A DNA stretch of 64,000 nucleotides from Felis catus (taxonomy: Eukaryota): positions 9,486,001 through 9,550,000 of the forward strand of contig NC_058368.1 in NCBI RefSeq assembly GCF_018350175.1. Reading direction: 5' to 3'. The notes below the pieces were generated by a model. The model saw only the letters and a list, made by a program, of their open reading frames with translations. It had not been told where the DNA came from and made no database searches. Position numbers and translations under genes: made by a program. Positions 43,298 through 57,238 of the stretch are shown here, piece after piece (the first letter of the stretch is position 1; the number at the start of each line of letters is the position of its first letter).

Positions 43298-43970
43298 TGT
43301 AAAGATTAAGAAAAGGAAAACTCTTTTAAAATAGAGCCTGGAGGCCAGAAGGGGGAGCTCTCACACCCTACAACCCCTAGTCGATTGCAGACCCAACGGG
43401 AAGAGATCGGTCTTGCAAGTCTGTGCTACCTTAGCTACTTTACCACCCCAGCAGGAGGAAGAAAGGTTTTTCTACTCCCCTGGCAACAGTCCAGCCAATG
43501 AAAGAGTGTCATAACCCAGCCAATGAAAAACCACTATACTTTAACCTTACACCTTGCTCCAATAGACTTTTCCTTTTTTTTTTTTTTAATGTTTATTTAT
43601 TTCGACAGAGAGAGAAGCAGCAGTGTGGAGGGGGTGCAGGGAGAGAGAGAGAGAGAGTGAGAGCGAGGAGAATCCCAAGCAGGCTTCCTGCTGTCAGTGC
43701 AGAGGCCAACTCAGTACTCTAAATCAAGAGTCCGACAGTCAGATGCTTAGCTGACTGAGCCACCCAGGAGCCCCTCCAATACACTTTTTCTTTGCAACAG
43801 GCCTCCCAATTTCCCCTTTCGTCTACAAAAGAGTGTTCCTCTCCTTTGTTCTCCAGTCTTGCCTATGGTTCTGCCATAGCTTGCTTGTCCTAAATTGCAA
43901 TTCTCTGCTATTCCTAAATAAACCCAGTTTTTGCTGATAAAGTAACTGAGTTTTATTTTTCAGGTTAACA
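43298..43970 (+). mobile_element. Probable ERV solo LTR with a minus-strand SINE inserted (43572-43774)
   Basis: TGTAAAG...GTTAACA ends, two CCAGCCAATG boxes, AATAAA near 43917; SINE TSD ctccaata(g/c)actttt. No clean LTR TSD seen. Confidence 0.7.
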
Positions 43971-44956
43971 CAGCTATAGAATTCAGACACCCAGAAAGAG
44001 CAGAGGTCACTAGGATTTAAAACACTACTTTTATAAAAAGTATTTTGCTTTGCAAGGAGCCTTTAACGGTGCATGAGATTGGTATTTTGGAAACTGTAAA
44101 AACAACTAATATAGCACAGCTATAGCCAAATTCATTATTTCTTTTTCTAATGTCCCCTTTGAATGCCCTTCTCAGTTCCTGTAATGTCCTTCAATGGGGC
44201 CACCTCCAACAGGAGCTAATTCCCAAAATTAGCATCTGTACATAGATAGATTCACACAGTACAGTATTTATAAACGTCAGCTCCTCTTTCAATTATCTCC
44301 TCGGTTTCCTGTATCTCCTTCTCTATCAGCTCCTTCCCTCAGTATATAAACAGACTTAAATCTGTCCTGTTAACAAAAGATCCTTCACTCGACCCTACAT
44401 ATCCTCTGGCTACTATTCACCTCGCCTTCCCTTCTCAGCCAACCTTCTTAAAGAAATGGTATGTGTTTACTATTTTTTCTTTATGAGCTACAATCCGCCT
44501 TCCGCCTCCACTAATTCACTAAAACTGCCTAATTTACTAATGCCAGGGTCATTTTTCAACTTCTGTCGTTTCTCCTTCTCTCTGTCCATTGACGGTGCTG
44601 ATACCTAACGGTCGTTCCCTGAAACGCTTTTTCCCTGGGTTAATTCTATGACCCTCTTCCTTCCCTGAGACTCCTCCTCCTTGGGACTCTCTTCAGTGCC
44701 TTTCGGGACTCCTCTTCCTCTGCCCTTTACATTCTCAAAGCGATTCCAAGCCTTTTGCTCTTTTCCCTTTATAGACCTCCTTGAACCATCTCATCCACAT
44801 GCATATTCTCACTATTTTAATTTAAATCCAAACTCTGTCCTAAGCTCCACACCTCTATTTCCAATTACTTGCTGAGTATTTACCTAAACATATTTTGTTT
44901 CTATTTAAACCTGAGCCTCTTCTCAATTTCCAGTGTTAGTTTATAGTGTGCATGCT

Positions 44957-45780
44957 GTATAATAAAGGATTGGGCTGTTTTTCCCCCCAGTTCCCGGGAG
45001 GTGGAGACCACAAATCCTCAGAATTTCCAAAGTGACAGGAGTGTCTTTGTTGTTTCATTTGAATCCTGAAATTTTATGTTAATGTGGTGACTCATGGTAG
45101 GCCCCTATATAGTTTATGCTAATGAGATAATTCAGATGGTAGCTGGCCTTGCCAGAAAAACCAACCATAGGATCAGAGCATTAGGACTTTGAGCCAACTT
45201 TGGGTTGAGTGATGTCAACCAGACCTCTAGAGAAAGGAGACTGGAGACTGAGACACGTGGGCAGTGATTCAATCAATCCCAGCTATGTAATGAAACCCCA
45301 ATAAAAACCCTCCACGGTGAAGCTTGAGTGAGCTTCCTTGCTGGCAGGACTCTATGTGTTGTCACACACCCATGTGCTAGGAGGGCAAAGCAACCTGACT
45401 CTGTGAACAAAAAAACAACAGCAGCTTCGCTTCCGGCATCCTCCTGATCTTGCCCCTATGCGCTTCTTCCCTTGGCTAGTCCCGATTTGCCTCCATTTGC
45501 TATGATAAAAATTGTGATTGTAAGTACAATGCTTTCCTAAGGTCTGTGAGTCATTCTAGAGAATTGCCAAATCTAAGGGGATAGTAAGAACCCCCAAATT
45601 TATAGCCAGCTGGCCAGAAGTGAAGGAGACCTGGGGATGCCCAAGTAGGCAGCTGGCATCTGAAGTGAGGACAGTCCCACGGACAAGTGCCTTCAACCTA
45701 TGAGGTTTGGCCCAAAGTAGCTGGTGTCCCAAGTAACTGCATGCTCCTTCAATTAAGCCTGGAATTTGGGGGTCATGCAA
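44957..45780 (+). mobile_element. MER21-like LTR
   Basis: Phrases tctgtgagtcattctagagaatt...gaacccccaaatttatagccag...ggcatctgaagtgagg. Confidence 0.7.
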
Positions 45781-46038
45781 CTTGTCCCTCTTCCTCATCC
45801 CTAAAACTATTAGTCATATCTTTTATATATCTCATAAATCCACCCATTGTTCACTGGCCAAATAACAAATGCCTTTGTTCAGGTCCTCACTGTTCAGCTC
45901 GACTGGTGCAACACCCTCTTAATCAGATTCCTCGTCTATATCCATCTATGCCCATCTCCAGTCCATCCTCCATACTTCTGGTCAAGGTGATCTTTCTACG
46001 TTTGCAAATCACCCTCCTGCTAAAGACTTACAGAGCTT

Positions 46039-46250
46039 GGGGCGCCTGGGTGACTCAGTCGGTTAAGCCTCCAACTCTTGATTTCAGCTCGGGTCATGAT
46101 CCCACAGTTTTTGAGTTCAAGCCCTTCGTCAGGCTCCACGCTGACAGCACTGAGTCCACTTGGGATTCTCTCTCCCTCTCTCTCTCTGCCCCTCCCCACC
46201 CCCCGCTTGCTCTCTTTCTCTCAAAATAAATAAATAAACTTTATAAAAAA
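46039..46250 (+). mobile_element. CAN-SINE
   Basis: TSD-like aaaga(c/t)ttacag(a/g)gct. Confidence 0.92.
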
Positions 46251-46314
46251 AAGATTTACAGGGCTCATAGTGATAGGTGGGTTTATGCCTACTATTCCTG
46301 CTGTCTTAAAGCTC

Positions 46315-46534
46315 TTTTATTTTTTTTTAACGTTTTTTTAATTTATTTTTGAGACAGAGAGAGACAGAGCATGAACGGGGGAGGGTCAGAGAGAGGGAGA
46401 CACAGAATCTGAAGCAGGCTCCAGGCTCTGAGCTGTCAGCACAGAGCCCGACGCGGGGCTCGAACTCACGGACCGCGAGATCATGACCTGAGCCGAAGTC
46501 GGCCACTTAACCGACTGAGCCACCCAGGCGCCCC
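46315..46534 (-). mobile_element. SINEC_Fc-type SINE
   Basis: CpG-rich reverse-complement body. Confidence 0.94.
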
Positions 46535-47017
46535 TTAAACCTCCTTTAAATACCTACTTTTAAATACCTACTTTTCTCTCTTTTAAATATTGTTTTAACA
46601 GTTACAATAAAAAGGGAATATACAGTAATATGTTACCAACATTTGGTAGATTTGTAACAGTCCACAAAAGTTTTTAAATTGTAGAAGACAATCAAAATGC
46701 TATGGGTATTCCAAGCTATTTGTGTAAATACACAATTTCTCCTCTTCTTTACTGTAAGGCATGTCCAAAGAGAAAGAGATATTGAGAAGAGAAACAGACC
46801 TTCCTACGTAATTCAGAAGGGCAAAGTAAGATCATGGTTTTATTTCACTCCACCAGTCAGATTTGCCTGTGACTAAGACCAAACAAAGTTCCAGGCAGCC
46901 ATTGTCAGAAGGTTCTTTTTTAAGATGCCAAAATAAAAGCAGTGGACTTGGGAACTGGCCCTGGGCAGACTTTTTAATCTAAAGTAGAGGGCATGTCTTA
47001 GAATTATACCATGCTTA

Positions 47018-47247
47018 GGGGCGCCTGGGCGGCGCAGTCGGTTAAGCGGCCGACTTCAGCCAGGTCACGATCTCGCGGTCCGGGAGTTCGAGCCCCGCGT
47101 CGGGCTCTGGGCTGACGGCTCGGAGCCTGGAGCCTGTTTCCGATTCTGTGTCTCCCTCTCTCTCTGCCCCTCCCCCGTTCATGCTCTGTCTCTCTCTGTC
47201 CCAAAAATAAATAAACGTTGAAAAAAAAATTAAAAAAAAAAAAAAAA
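47018..47247 (+). mobile_element. Very young SINEC_Fc-type SINE
   Basis: CpGs intact; perfect 18-bp TSD agaattataccatgctta (47000-47017, 47248-47265). Confidence 0.96.
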
Positions 47248-47364
47248 AGAATTATACCATGCTTAATTGAAGTGACCAAGATAATTAACAGTGAGAAATA
47301 CGTCAACTTTTAGAAAGGCATTTATTTGATCAAGCACTTATTCTATGAGATTACCTGCTGTTTA

Positions 47365-47470
47365 GGGGCACCTGGCTGGCTCTGTTGGAAGAGCATGCAA
47401 CTCCTGACCTTGAGATCGTTGAGTCTGAGCCCCAGGTGAGGTGTACAGATTACCAAATAAATAAATAAAT
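47365..47470 (+). mobile_element. Short older CAN-SINE
   Basis: GGGGCACCTGGCTGGCTC head and AAAT tail. Confidence 0.8.
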
Positions 47471-47742
47471 AGACTCTTTAATTTGCTTCTTAATTTTTTT
47501 ATCTACAGAAACAGACATCTAGAAAATTCTTAAAGCTAATCCCTAGCTTGGCAAACCTGAGGGGCGTGACTTAACTGAAGACGGTAATTTCAACACTCTG
47601 TCCCTCTCTTGCCGTGCAGAGGCAACACACCTCAACTACAAATTCAAATCCAGGTATTTAGGGGGTACACAAACCTCCTCCAGCTTTTACTCACTGTGCT
47701 AACAAACACATAAAGAAACCACAATGGTGTCTTTCATTATCA

Positions 47743-47994
<252 letters not shown>

Positions 47995-48265
47995 TTAAGA
48001 ACATGATTTAATTAATACTGCATAAAATGATCAGTGAAAACATATGGCAGTTATTAATTAGGACATGTTATTCAATTAACAACCTTCATCAGTTATGGCA
48101 ACATCAAATTAACACGTAAAATGTCTTGGTTATATTTTGAAAGAATTGTCCTGTCAATCCTACACACTCATATATTAGGCATGAAGTCACAGTCAGGAAG
48201 ATTAATGGATAATAAGAAAAGACTCACACCGGGCCACCCAGTAACGTGTTTTCTCTGCTACTTTA

Positions 48266-48457
<192 letters not shown>

Positions 48458-48465
48458 TCATTTTA

Positions 48466-48675
48466 GGGGCGGCTGGGTGGCTCAGTTGGTTGAACGTCCA
48501 ACTCTAGATTTTGGCTCAGGTCATGATCTCACGGTTTGTGGGATCGAGCCCCGCATTGGGCTCTGTGCCGACAACTCAGAGCCTGCTTGCGATTCCCTCT
48601 CTCTTTCTCTCTGCCCCCTCCTGACACATGCACTCTTTCTCTCAAAATAAATAAACATTTTTTAAAAACACACAA
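48466..48675 (+). mobile_element. CAN-SINE 50 nt from the exon 5 acceptor
   Basis: TSD-like aaaagat(c/a)atttta. Confidence 0.92.
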
Positions 48676-50014
48676 AAAAAGATAATTTTAATTAACATCA
48701 CTGAGTTTCAAAATATTATAATGTGATCATTTTAAATAATTTTTTTGTTATTTTAAGATAGCCTTTTCTGATTACCCAAATGCCACCCTTCCTTGTTCAT
48801 TTCCTCAGAAACAGATGAATTGGTCAACTTTATTATCCACTCCTTCAAATTTACATCCGTGGACGGACAGTTGCAAGTAAGACTAAAATGACCCTTGCTA
48901 GATATTTCTGAATTTGTGGATGCAGGGAATTTCCACCACCACCAGAGAATACACAGACTATTAATGCAGAGGACAAAACAACCTTAATTCACTGAGAACC
49001 TACTACCTGCCAATAAATCTCACATATACTCACAACAAGGTAGGTATTATTATCCTTATTTTTAAAATGAGGACCTAGGACTCAGGTGAAATAACTTAAT
49101 CACCCATAATTATTAAATGGCAGAGTAGAGATTTTAATGCATCTCTTCCTGACTCCCCGAACCCGTGCCCTTTGCACAACATCAGACCATCTCATGCCTA
49201 ATGGAGTCAGCTTACAGCTTAAGAGCTTTACAAACTATGACATCCTTCAAAGCAACCAAGAAGAGGCTGCATATAGGGAAAGAGTTGGGACTCTGAACTG
49301 CTTCTTACAAAGCCTTTTCCCTGTTACTCTAAGCACCCCTCAGGATTCAGGGGTTTCTTCCTAGTAAGGTCCTTGGACCACATCATAAAGTCATTGTAGT
49401 GATAATGGTAAAAGGACCTTTTTAAGTGGTGCTATTAAGACCACTAAAGCAATATACTTTACCCCAATTCTTCATTTAATAATATGGTGGCTTTAAAAAA
49501 AGAATTACATGCTCTGTTTTCTATGGGGTTCTGCCAAGATTTACTCAGCTTTGAAGAGCTTGAAATGAAACGTGCTCAGTTGCTAGAGATAGTTCAACCA
49601 ATGGAACGACGTCAGGGGACAGAGCCAAATACCTCCCCAGAGCTTCAGCCCCACAGTTACTGTCTAATACAAAAACGAAAGGGAAAGTAGTCAAAAAATG
49701 AGTCAATATCCTAAGCTTAAATCTGAAGGGAGAGAACAGCAATGAACCCCTCCTACCACACTTCATCTGAGATACACCATAGGCTTGACCATAAGTGCCG
49801 ACAGGGGACTAAATGGCTCCCTTTGGGCAAATGCTCTAGTTCATTAAGCCACTAGGTAAATGACCAAATAGTAATCTTGGTGACTCGACCCAAAAAATGA
49901 ATAATTTTCTGTTTCTAGGTAGCACAGTGACACTATCAAGCTGAATTTTCAGAAAGATTCTTGTATTTCAGATGATAGATATCAATATTGACACTATGAA
50001 AAAGAGTAAATTTC

Positions 50015-50235
50015 GGGGCGCCTGGGTGGCTCAGTCAGTTAAGCATCCAATTTCAGCTCAGGTCATGATCCCACAGTTCATGAGTTCAAGCACTGCATGG
50101 GGCTCTGTGCTGACAGCTCAGAGCCTGGAGCCTGCTTCGGATTCTGTGTCTCCCTCTGTCTCCGCCCCTCCCCTTCTTGTGCTCTGTCTCTGTCTCTCTC
50201 CCTCTCTCAAAAATAAATAAACATTAAAAAAAAAA
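50015..50235 (+). mobile_element. CAN-SINE
   Basis: TSD aaaaagagtaaatttc. Confidence 0.93.
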
Positions 50236-50391
50236 AAGAGTAAATTTCTGGCATACCTACACAACAAACGTTACATCTACAAATTAAAATGAGCTCGGCC
50301 TAGAATCACATTTTGTAATACAGGTAGGGCACAGTTACAAAGCCACATGCAAACAAATCACCAGAAACTAATCCCTTTAAAAACTCTTCTA

Positions 50392-50563
50392 GGGCTCAGT
50401 CTGTTGAGCATCCAGCTCTTGACTTCAGCTCAGGTCATGATCTCACAGTTTGTGGGTTCAAGCCCCGCATCCGGCTCTGCACTTGGGATTCTCTCTCTCT
50501 TCCCCTCCCCTGCTCGTGCTCTCTTTCTCTCTCAAAATAAATAAACTTAAAAAAAAAAAAAAA
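50392..50563 (+). mobile_element. 5'-truncated CAN-SINE
   Basis: SINE body and poly(A); ctcttctag repeated on both sides. Confidence 0.85.
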
Positions 50564-52439
50564 ACACCTCTTCTAGAAATAAATCAACTAAAGAATGCAA
50601 CAGAAACTGATATATCTGAGACTTAAGTCTTGAAATGGCATCGTAATTTAAGACCTACCAAAAAATTACTATTAAAAAATGTAGGTAGACATCCATTTTA
50701 ATATGAATGTCCAAGTGGTAGGAAAGACTTGATAAATACTACCAAGAGAAAGAAAAAGCTGTACACTTATCTGAAAGTAACAGAAATCAGAGGATTTTTA
50801 AGAATAATAAATACGTGAGCATCTGTCTAACACATTTCATTGTGCAGTAGGTTTTATCGGTGAATGCATATACACTATCCGCCCTCATTGAGCATCTAGT
50901 CTGGTAGGGGAAATAAGTAACAAGTAAACAAAACAAAAACACACATAATCATAAACTGCGAAATGCTACGAAAAATGTGGGTGGTCAGGGTGGCTAAAAG
51001 GTACTGAGCAAATAAAACAGATTGGAGAGGAAGGCAGGGGCCAGCTCACCTAGGCCCCTGCAGGTCACAGTGAGGAGTTTGGATTTTATTCTAAGTGCAC
51101 GGGGAAATTTCTGAAATGTGTTCGATAGGGAAGTAACAGGATCCGATTTACATTTTTAAATGCTCCTTCTGCCTACCATGTGGGAAAAGGATGGGGTGGA
51201 GGGAGGAGAAGAAGCAGAGAAAGAAAAGCCTCTATTACACTACTCAAGGTCAAGCCTCTTAATTCGCAGAAGAGGAAATACGGGTGTAAGCCAGTCAAAT
51301 GACCTGCCCTAGAATCCAAAGTTTACCAAAGGTAGAGATGAGATCTGAGTACAAATTAAGCAAAAAAGATTCTAGGAACTTTTACAAATCAAAATGGTGA
51401 GGTTATTGAAAAAAAAAATTAGGGAAACTAAAAGTAAATCGTTTGGTTACATTGAGAAATCAACAAAATGGGTGACCATTATCCTTCAAAACAAATACCC
51501 AGCTAACCTGGAATAGGGATATCAAATATAAGTAACTGTAGTTTCAGTTCATGGGCTAGACTAACTGTAATACCTAAAAGGGACTGAGTTTTCAGGCAAC
51601 TAAGATAACCTCACCCAAGATATTATTACCTGTACAGTTTATTAATGATAACAATACTAGCTGCAGTAACACTGAAATGATCTTAGAATTCTTTGCTTAG
51701 ATTTTCACATTAATTGACAAAGGTCAACACTAGCAAGAATCTGATATTTAGCATGAAGTCTAACAGCCCTTTTTCCTCAAAATATTTTAGTATCTTTTTG
51801 CTAACATCTCAATTACCCTTATCAAGAAAGATTTGTTAATGATCTTTCATTAGTATTGGCTCATCATTCTATTTGAAAAAAGAAATGAGGCTAAAATTAG
51901 CAACTAACCCAATATTAGATAGAGTCCATTAATAACACAGCTTGGCCTAAAGCACAAACAACGGTTTTTGCATTTTATTGTGTGCCTCCCCACACGGGCA
52001 GATGAAGTGGAAGATGGTCAGTTACAGCTCTGAGTCTTGCGTTTCAGGTGACAAGTGAATTAGACCCAGAGAAGGATACCCAGGGTGAGAAAGGATTGAA
52101 AAACCACATCATATAGAGGAGAATCAAGGACACCAGAGACATTTAAGGTAAAGAAGAAAACACTAACGGACCCACATGACCAACTGACCTGTTCACCTCC
52201 ATCTCCTCTATCTTATTCTAAAAGAAAGAACTAGGACCAATAGAAAGTGACAAAGGATATAAATTTCAGATCAGCAAAACAATTTTCTAACAATGGGTTC
52301 TGTCTAACAAAGGGGTCATTGCTCTTGTTAGGTGGTGAGCTACCCAACATCAGAATTACTAGCTAATTAGTAATAAAAAGCCACTGGCCCACAGTCCCAG
52401 TGATGTCTAAGTTCATCTCAACTGAGGTCAGCAACATCA

Positions 52440-53040
52440 CGCCAGTAGTTTGGAATCGGTCATAGGAGTACTTATAGTACAGAAATCAGCTGATGGTATA
52501 AATCGGGGCTTGATTGTTTTGTTAACAGTCTAGACTTAAGAAAATAAGGGGGGGGGGGGAATGTTAATGCAGGTGAAACTTAAAAGTATGTCATTTCCGC
52601 AGTTGTTACTTCATAAATAGCGCAGAAATTAAGGAAATATTTTTCCGGTATCTGAAAGCCATGATCCGATTCATCGAAGTTGCTCAAATACCTGATGAAT
52701 GAATGAACTACCCACATACATTCCTATTGTTACACTTTCATCTTCCTCGTTAATGAAAAAAAAATACCACCCAACGTTCATGTCAGAACTACGTTTCTCT
52801 TCATCTGTTAACTGCAACCATAGGTTGGCCACAGACACAAGATTAGAAAAAATCAGCAGAGGCCTTGTGTGAGAGTCCGTTAGCTCTACAAAATTTACAA
52901 TAATCGTACTAGATATATTTTACGATCTGTAATGATGTGCTACACATCCTTAACATCAGATTTATAACAAATGTGTGAATGTGTATATACACACACATTT
53001 TCAGGAAACTAGTTACTGAACGTTGACCAGTACACTACTA
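52440..53040. mobile_element. hAT-Tip100 (Zaphod-like) DNA transposon fragment
   Basis: End resembles the recalled Zaphod terminus (gttactgaacgttgaccagtacactactag); family call from memory. Confidence 0.55.
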
Positions 53041-53613
53041 GTTAGATGATCATCGTTCGTCAAATAGCACCCATATGATGGTATCCTTTCCTTCAAGGAA
53101 AAAAAAAGTTTTCTTCAAGTCACTGTTCATCTGTACAAGGACCCATCAACAGCTCTCAACCCAGTTTATAACATCTCTCCACATCAGACATCCAGACATC
53201 CCTACACTTACTCAGGGATGATAAGGAAGGGAGTCAAAAAGGGTCATTTGTTACATGTAAGTCAATGAAATAAAGTCATTGACATATAATAATTTTAAAT
53301 TAATTCTATTAATATAATTTACCATGCTTTATTCTGAATTCTATTTAAAAGCATATACAGCTTTCATCAGGAGATCATAATGGAAGCACTGTTCATTTCA
53401 CTGAGAGTTAATTCACCATAGAGCCATAGTCTGAAAATACTTGAGAATCAGAGTTTTATGAATTAAACTTATTTTCGGTTGTAGTACAAAAGCATTTCCT
53501 CTGCTACCTAATATTTTTAAACCATCTTTTTTCAATAAAAAAATGCATTTATTATTTCTGCGCCTATTTCTATACCGACCCGAGGTTTAAACAGTTAAAT
53601 CATAATACATCAA

Positions 53614-53730
53614 GGGGCACCTGGCCGGCTCAACTGGTGGAGCACGTGACTCTTGATCTCAGAGTTGTGGGCTTGAGCCCCCTGTTGGGTATAGAGATTA
53701 CTTAGAAAAGACAAAAATCTTTAAAAAGAA
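53614..53730 (+). mobile_element. Short older CAN-SINE
   Basis: Head plus GTATAGAGATTACTT; ataatacatc repeated on both sides. Confidence 0.85.
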
Positions 53731-54186
53731 ATAATAATACATCGAACGTTCTCAGGTACATTCAAATAAGACTGACAAATATAGCTGTAAAGGTGAACTG
53801 ATTCTTCTGACTCCCTCTCATCAATAAGAAAATAATCAGCGTGAGGTCAGGAGTCACACTTTACTAGAGTCTGTATTCCCAGTCCCTGCAAAGTATGACT
53901 AATACAAAGTACGCACACAATAAAGGTGTGTTAAGTAAACAGGGTAACAAACTGGCTTATGATGAGTCTGTGGACCTCCGGGAGAGAAAAACTGTAAGGG
54001 CTGAACAACAGATCACCATACACAGTGATGGTTACTGGTTAAAAACCAGTATTTTTAAGCTTGGACCTCACTGGAAACCTGTCAACAGTTTTAAAAAAAG
54101 AGCGGGGGGGGGGGGGGGGGGGGAGGATGGGGGGTGCTTAATCACTCTCAGAAAAGGAGCTGGAAAATCTTATAAAAGGCATCCGT

Positions 54187-54410
54187 GGGGCGCCTGGGTG
54201 GCGCAGTCTTAACCAACTTCAGCCAGGTCACGATCTCGCGGTCCGGGAGTTCGAGCCCCGCGTCGGGCTCTGGGCTGATGGCTCAGGGCCTGGAGCCTGC
54301 TTCCGATTCTGTGTCTCCCTCTCTCTCTGCCCCTCCCCCGTTCATGCTCTGTCTCTCTCTCTCTGTCCCAAAAATAAATAAACGTTGAAAAAAAAAAATA
54401 AAAAAAAAAA
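54187..54410 (+). mobile_element. Young SINEC_Fc-type SINE with altered segment after the A box
   Basis: TSD aaaaggcatccgt; gcagtcttaaccaacttcagcc replaces gcagtcggttaagcgtccgacttcagcc. Confidence 0.93.
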
Positions 54411-57069
54411 AAGGCATCCGTGATACATTAAAACAAGACAGTAAGCGTTTTCAAACAAGAGGCTGCATAGCATACCGATTAAAAGCCCAGGTGTTCAAAG
54501 AGTTCAACTCCTAGTTCCCGCACCGACTTGTGCAGGTGCGATGCTGGTGCCTCAATTTCTTCATATGTAGAACAGGGGAAATAATGCTGAGGTCACAGAA
54601 ACTTATAGGAATTAAGTAAGCCACCATATATATAAAGCTTCAAACATCCAACGATACTGAGAATCTTGGGTGAGGTACAGAATTTCTCATGTCCTCACTT
54701 TTTTTTTTTTTTTACATCTATAAAGTTAAGCGTTGAAGTACAAATTCATCTGACATCATGAGCTACTGTATACAAATATACAATTATATAATTTTTATAC
54801 ATATTCATGTAACTACTTTTCCTCAAAATAATAGTGTCCTTACTATCGCCAATGCATTCTGAATTCTCTAGGCTACTCTCCTTTAAAAAAAAAAAAAAAA
54901 GAAAAAAAAGCTGGTTGCAATACACAAAACTAATTTTAAAAAACCAACAGCACTGGGAACCAAAATATCTCTGAGGAGGCATCCAATACAAGGTACTCAT
55001 TTTCAAATTAGCTTTCAAAAGCAGTTTCACCTAAACTTCCTCGAACCCTATCACACTCAGTGAGTTTTAGGGACATGGTATTCTAATGGGTATTTGAGTG
55101 CTTACAACGATCATAACTGAACCACGTACGCTTTTCAAATACTAATAAACTTTGCATTCGTTTTTCTTAATCGTAGTCCCTTTTGTGTCCAGAGTGACTC
55201 AGAAGACATCTTTTATCTTCAAACAACTGTAGAGTTCTCTTTTTAAAAAAATAAAGGGCTTACTTTCCAGTGGCATTCTGAGTACTTACATGTCAGTGAA
55301 AGAATAGGATTTAGAAAATTATTTGGAACTTTTTAAGAGAAAGACAATTTGCAATCTCCAGAAAAATCTGACATTCAACAAATGCTGCCTCATTGCTTTG
55401 TTCTTTGCTGACGAATCACATTAAAAATCAACATGTATTTAATTGTTCCGGGACTCTTTTCAAATCCAATCCATATTTTTAATCTAGTTTGGTAGGGATA
55501 TTCCATAACATGAAAAAATCCTAAAATAAAGAGGAAAAAGATCTGTGACTTCACAAATTCCATTCCAAGCTCCATTCCGTAATCTATGACCTGGGGCTAG
55601 GTACTTCGGCTCTCTCCCTCGGTTTCTTCATTTGTAAAATGGGAAAAAGAGGACTACCTACTTCATGGGATGGTTTCATGGATTAATGTCTAATTGCTCT
55701 GAATGGTGCCCAGCAAGGAAGCATCCAAAGAAACCAAGACCAAGGTTATTCTCTTGCGTTATGTGAAATTACGGTGAAAGCCTGGCATTTCCTCACGCAG
55801 TTCTAAAAGTTTTCCTGAAAGCTAGGAGCAGAGTGAGGGTTGGACTTTAGCCCCTACTTTATGTTCCAAAGTGCACGCCAGGGTTAACTGACAAAATGAA
55901 GAACAAGGAAAGAAACAAAAATGACAGATAACATAGAGATTTTTAAGTATCCATTCAGATGGCTTTTGATAATGGGGGGAAAACAGTACAATTTCGCCAG
56001 CAGGAACAATTAATTAATTTATTGGTGTCCCTCATGAATCCCAAGAAGGATCGGAGATGGAATCACTTACTGTTTTATGGTATAATAGCTCCGACAAATT
56101 ATCAGTGTAAAAATATCTAATTCCTTTGCTGTGTCCTAGCGAGGCAGACAAGTAGAATCTATCTCTGAATCTAGCTCATGAACAGAAATACTCCAAAAAC
56201 ACCGGTTGTATCCTACCAGACACAAGGCCTAGGAAGGTGGTCTGTGCAGAGTCCTTATCTACTAACTGAAATCATACATCATAAAAATATTCCAACACAG
56301 CATCTAATCTTTAAGGATAACAACTTGCTATTAGTGGTAAGTTATATTTTCATTGTAAGTGTTCTGGTATCGACATGATGACATATCCTGAATCTCTAGC
56401 TAGGAAAATGTTCAACTTCTTGGTCGCAATTCAATAATCATCATCATTCATTTATGACGTCACAATGGAAATGGGAAATGCTATCGCTAAAAATCTAATT
56501 TTGTTTTCACTAAAACTAAAGCTAAAAGATGGGTCAGATCATCCTGGCTGGCTCCCTACTCTATAAGATTATCTTCAGCCCATGTTTCTAAAGTCCATTG
56601 TAAAGGCAGTACAGAATCGCACCTAGTACTATGTTTATTCACGGATGAATTTCCCAGATAAAGTAAATGCACACAGTGAACCCCAACCTAGGAAAATTCT
56701 CTCGTTAAGAGAAAAAAAAACGATATCCACGTTAAGTCCTTCCCCTACGACTGTTTTCATTTATTGCTCATTTTAATTCAGAATGCTTGTTCAAATGTAT
56801 TTTAAGTTTTGAAACTTTATTTTGAGTGTTTCTCCCAAAGACCCATTTTACTAAAGATCTGCGTGTCTTTATTGAAATACACCTCTGAGGTTATTAGCAT
56901 TGCGGGGTTCTGCTTAGATTGCAAAGACTGCTTGGGGTTCTGAATCAGACTTTTGTTTTTCCACTCTCTTCCGTGTCAAAACCGGGGGTACCCTGAAAAC
57001 CCGAAAGACATGATAATATTCACCCAAAGCCATGGGCCTCAAGTGAACGAGTTACAAAGAGAGTCTTGC

Positions 57070-57238
57070 CTTATCCTCTCTTCCTTTTGCTCTATAATCC
57101 TTGTCTCTACTGGTGGAGGGTTTTTCACTCTTCGATATAGGATGTGCTCGGCCCACAGGTCCCCGGGCTCCCGCTCCGGGCATTTCTTTCCTCAGAGGTC
57201 TTACTTCTCGATTGGGACGCCTTATCTGAGGTGGAGCT
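57070..57238 (-). CDS. KATNAL1: KATNAL1 coding exon (exon 4 by human numbering), linker region RAPPQIRRPNREVRPLRKE...RAKGREDK
   Basis: Translation matches the KATNAL1 linker. Acceptor TTTTTTTCCCGTCAG|A (phase 2); donor AAG|GCAAGA (GC donor, phase 0); 169 nt. Confidence 0.95.

Noticed and set aside
45687..46229. 180-aa ORF
   Set aside because: Runs across LTR end, old repeat-like sequence and a SINE; chance open frame.
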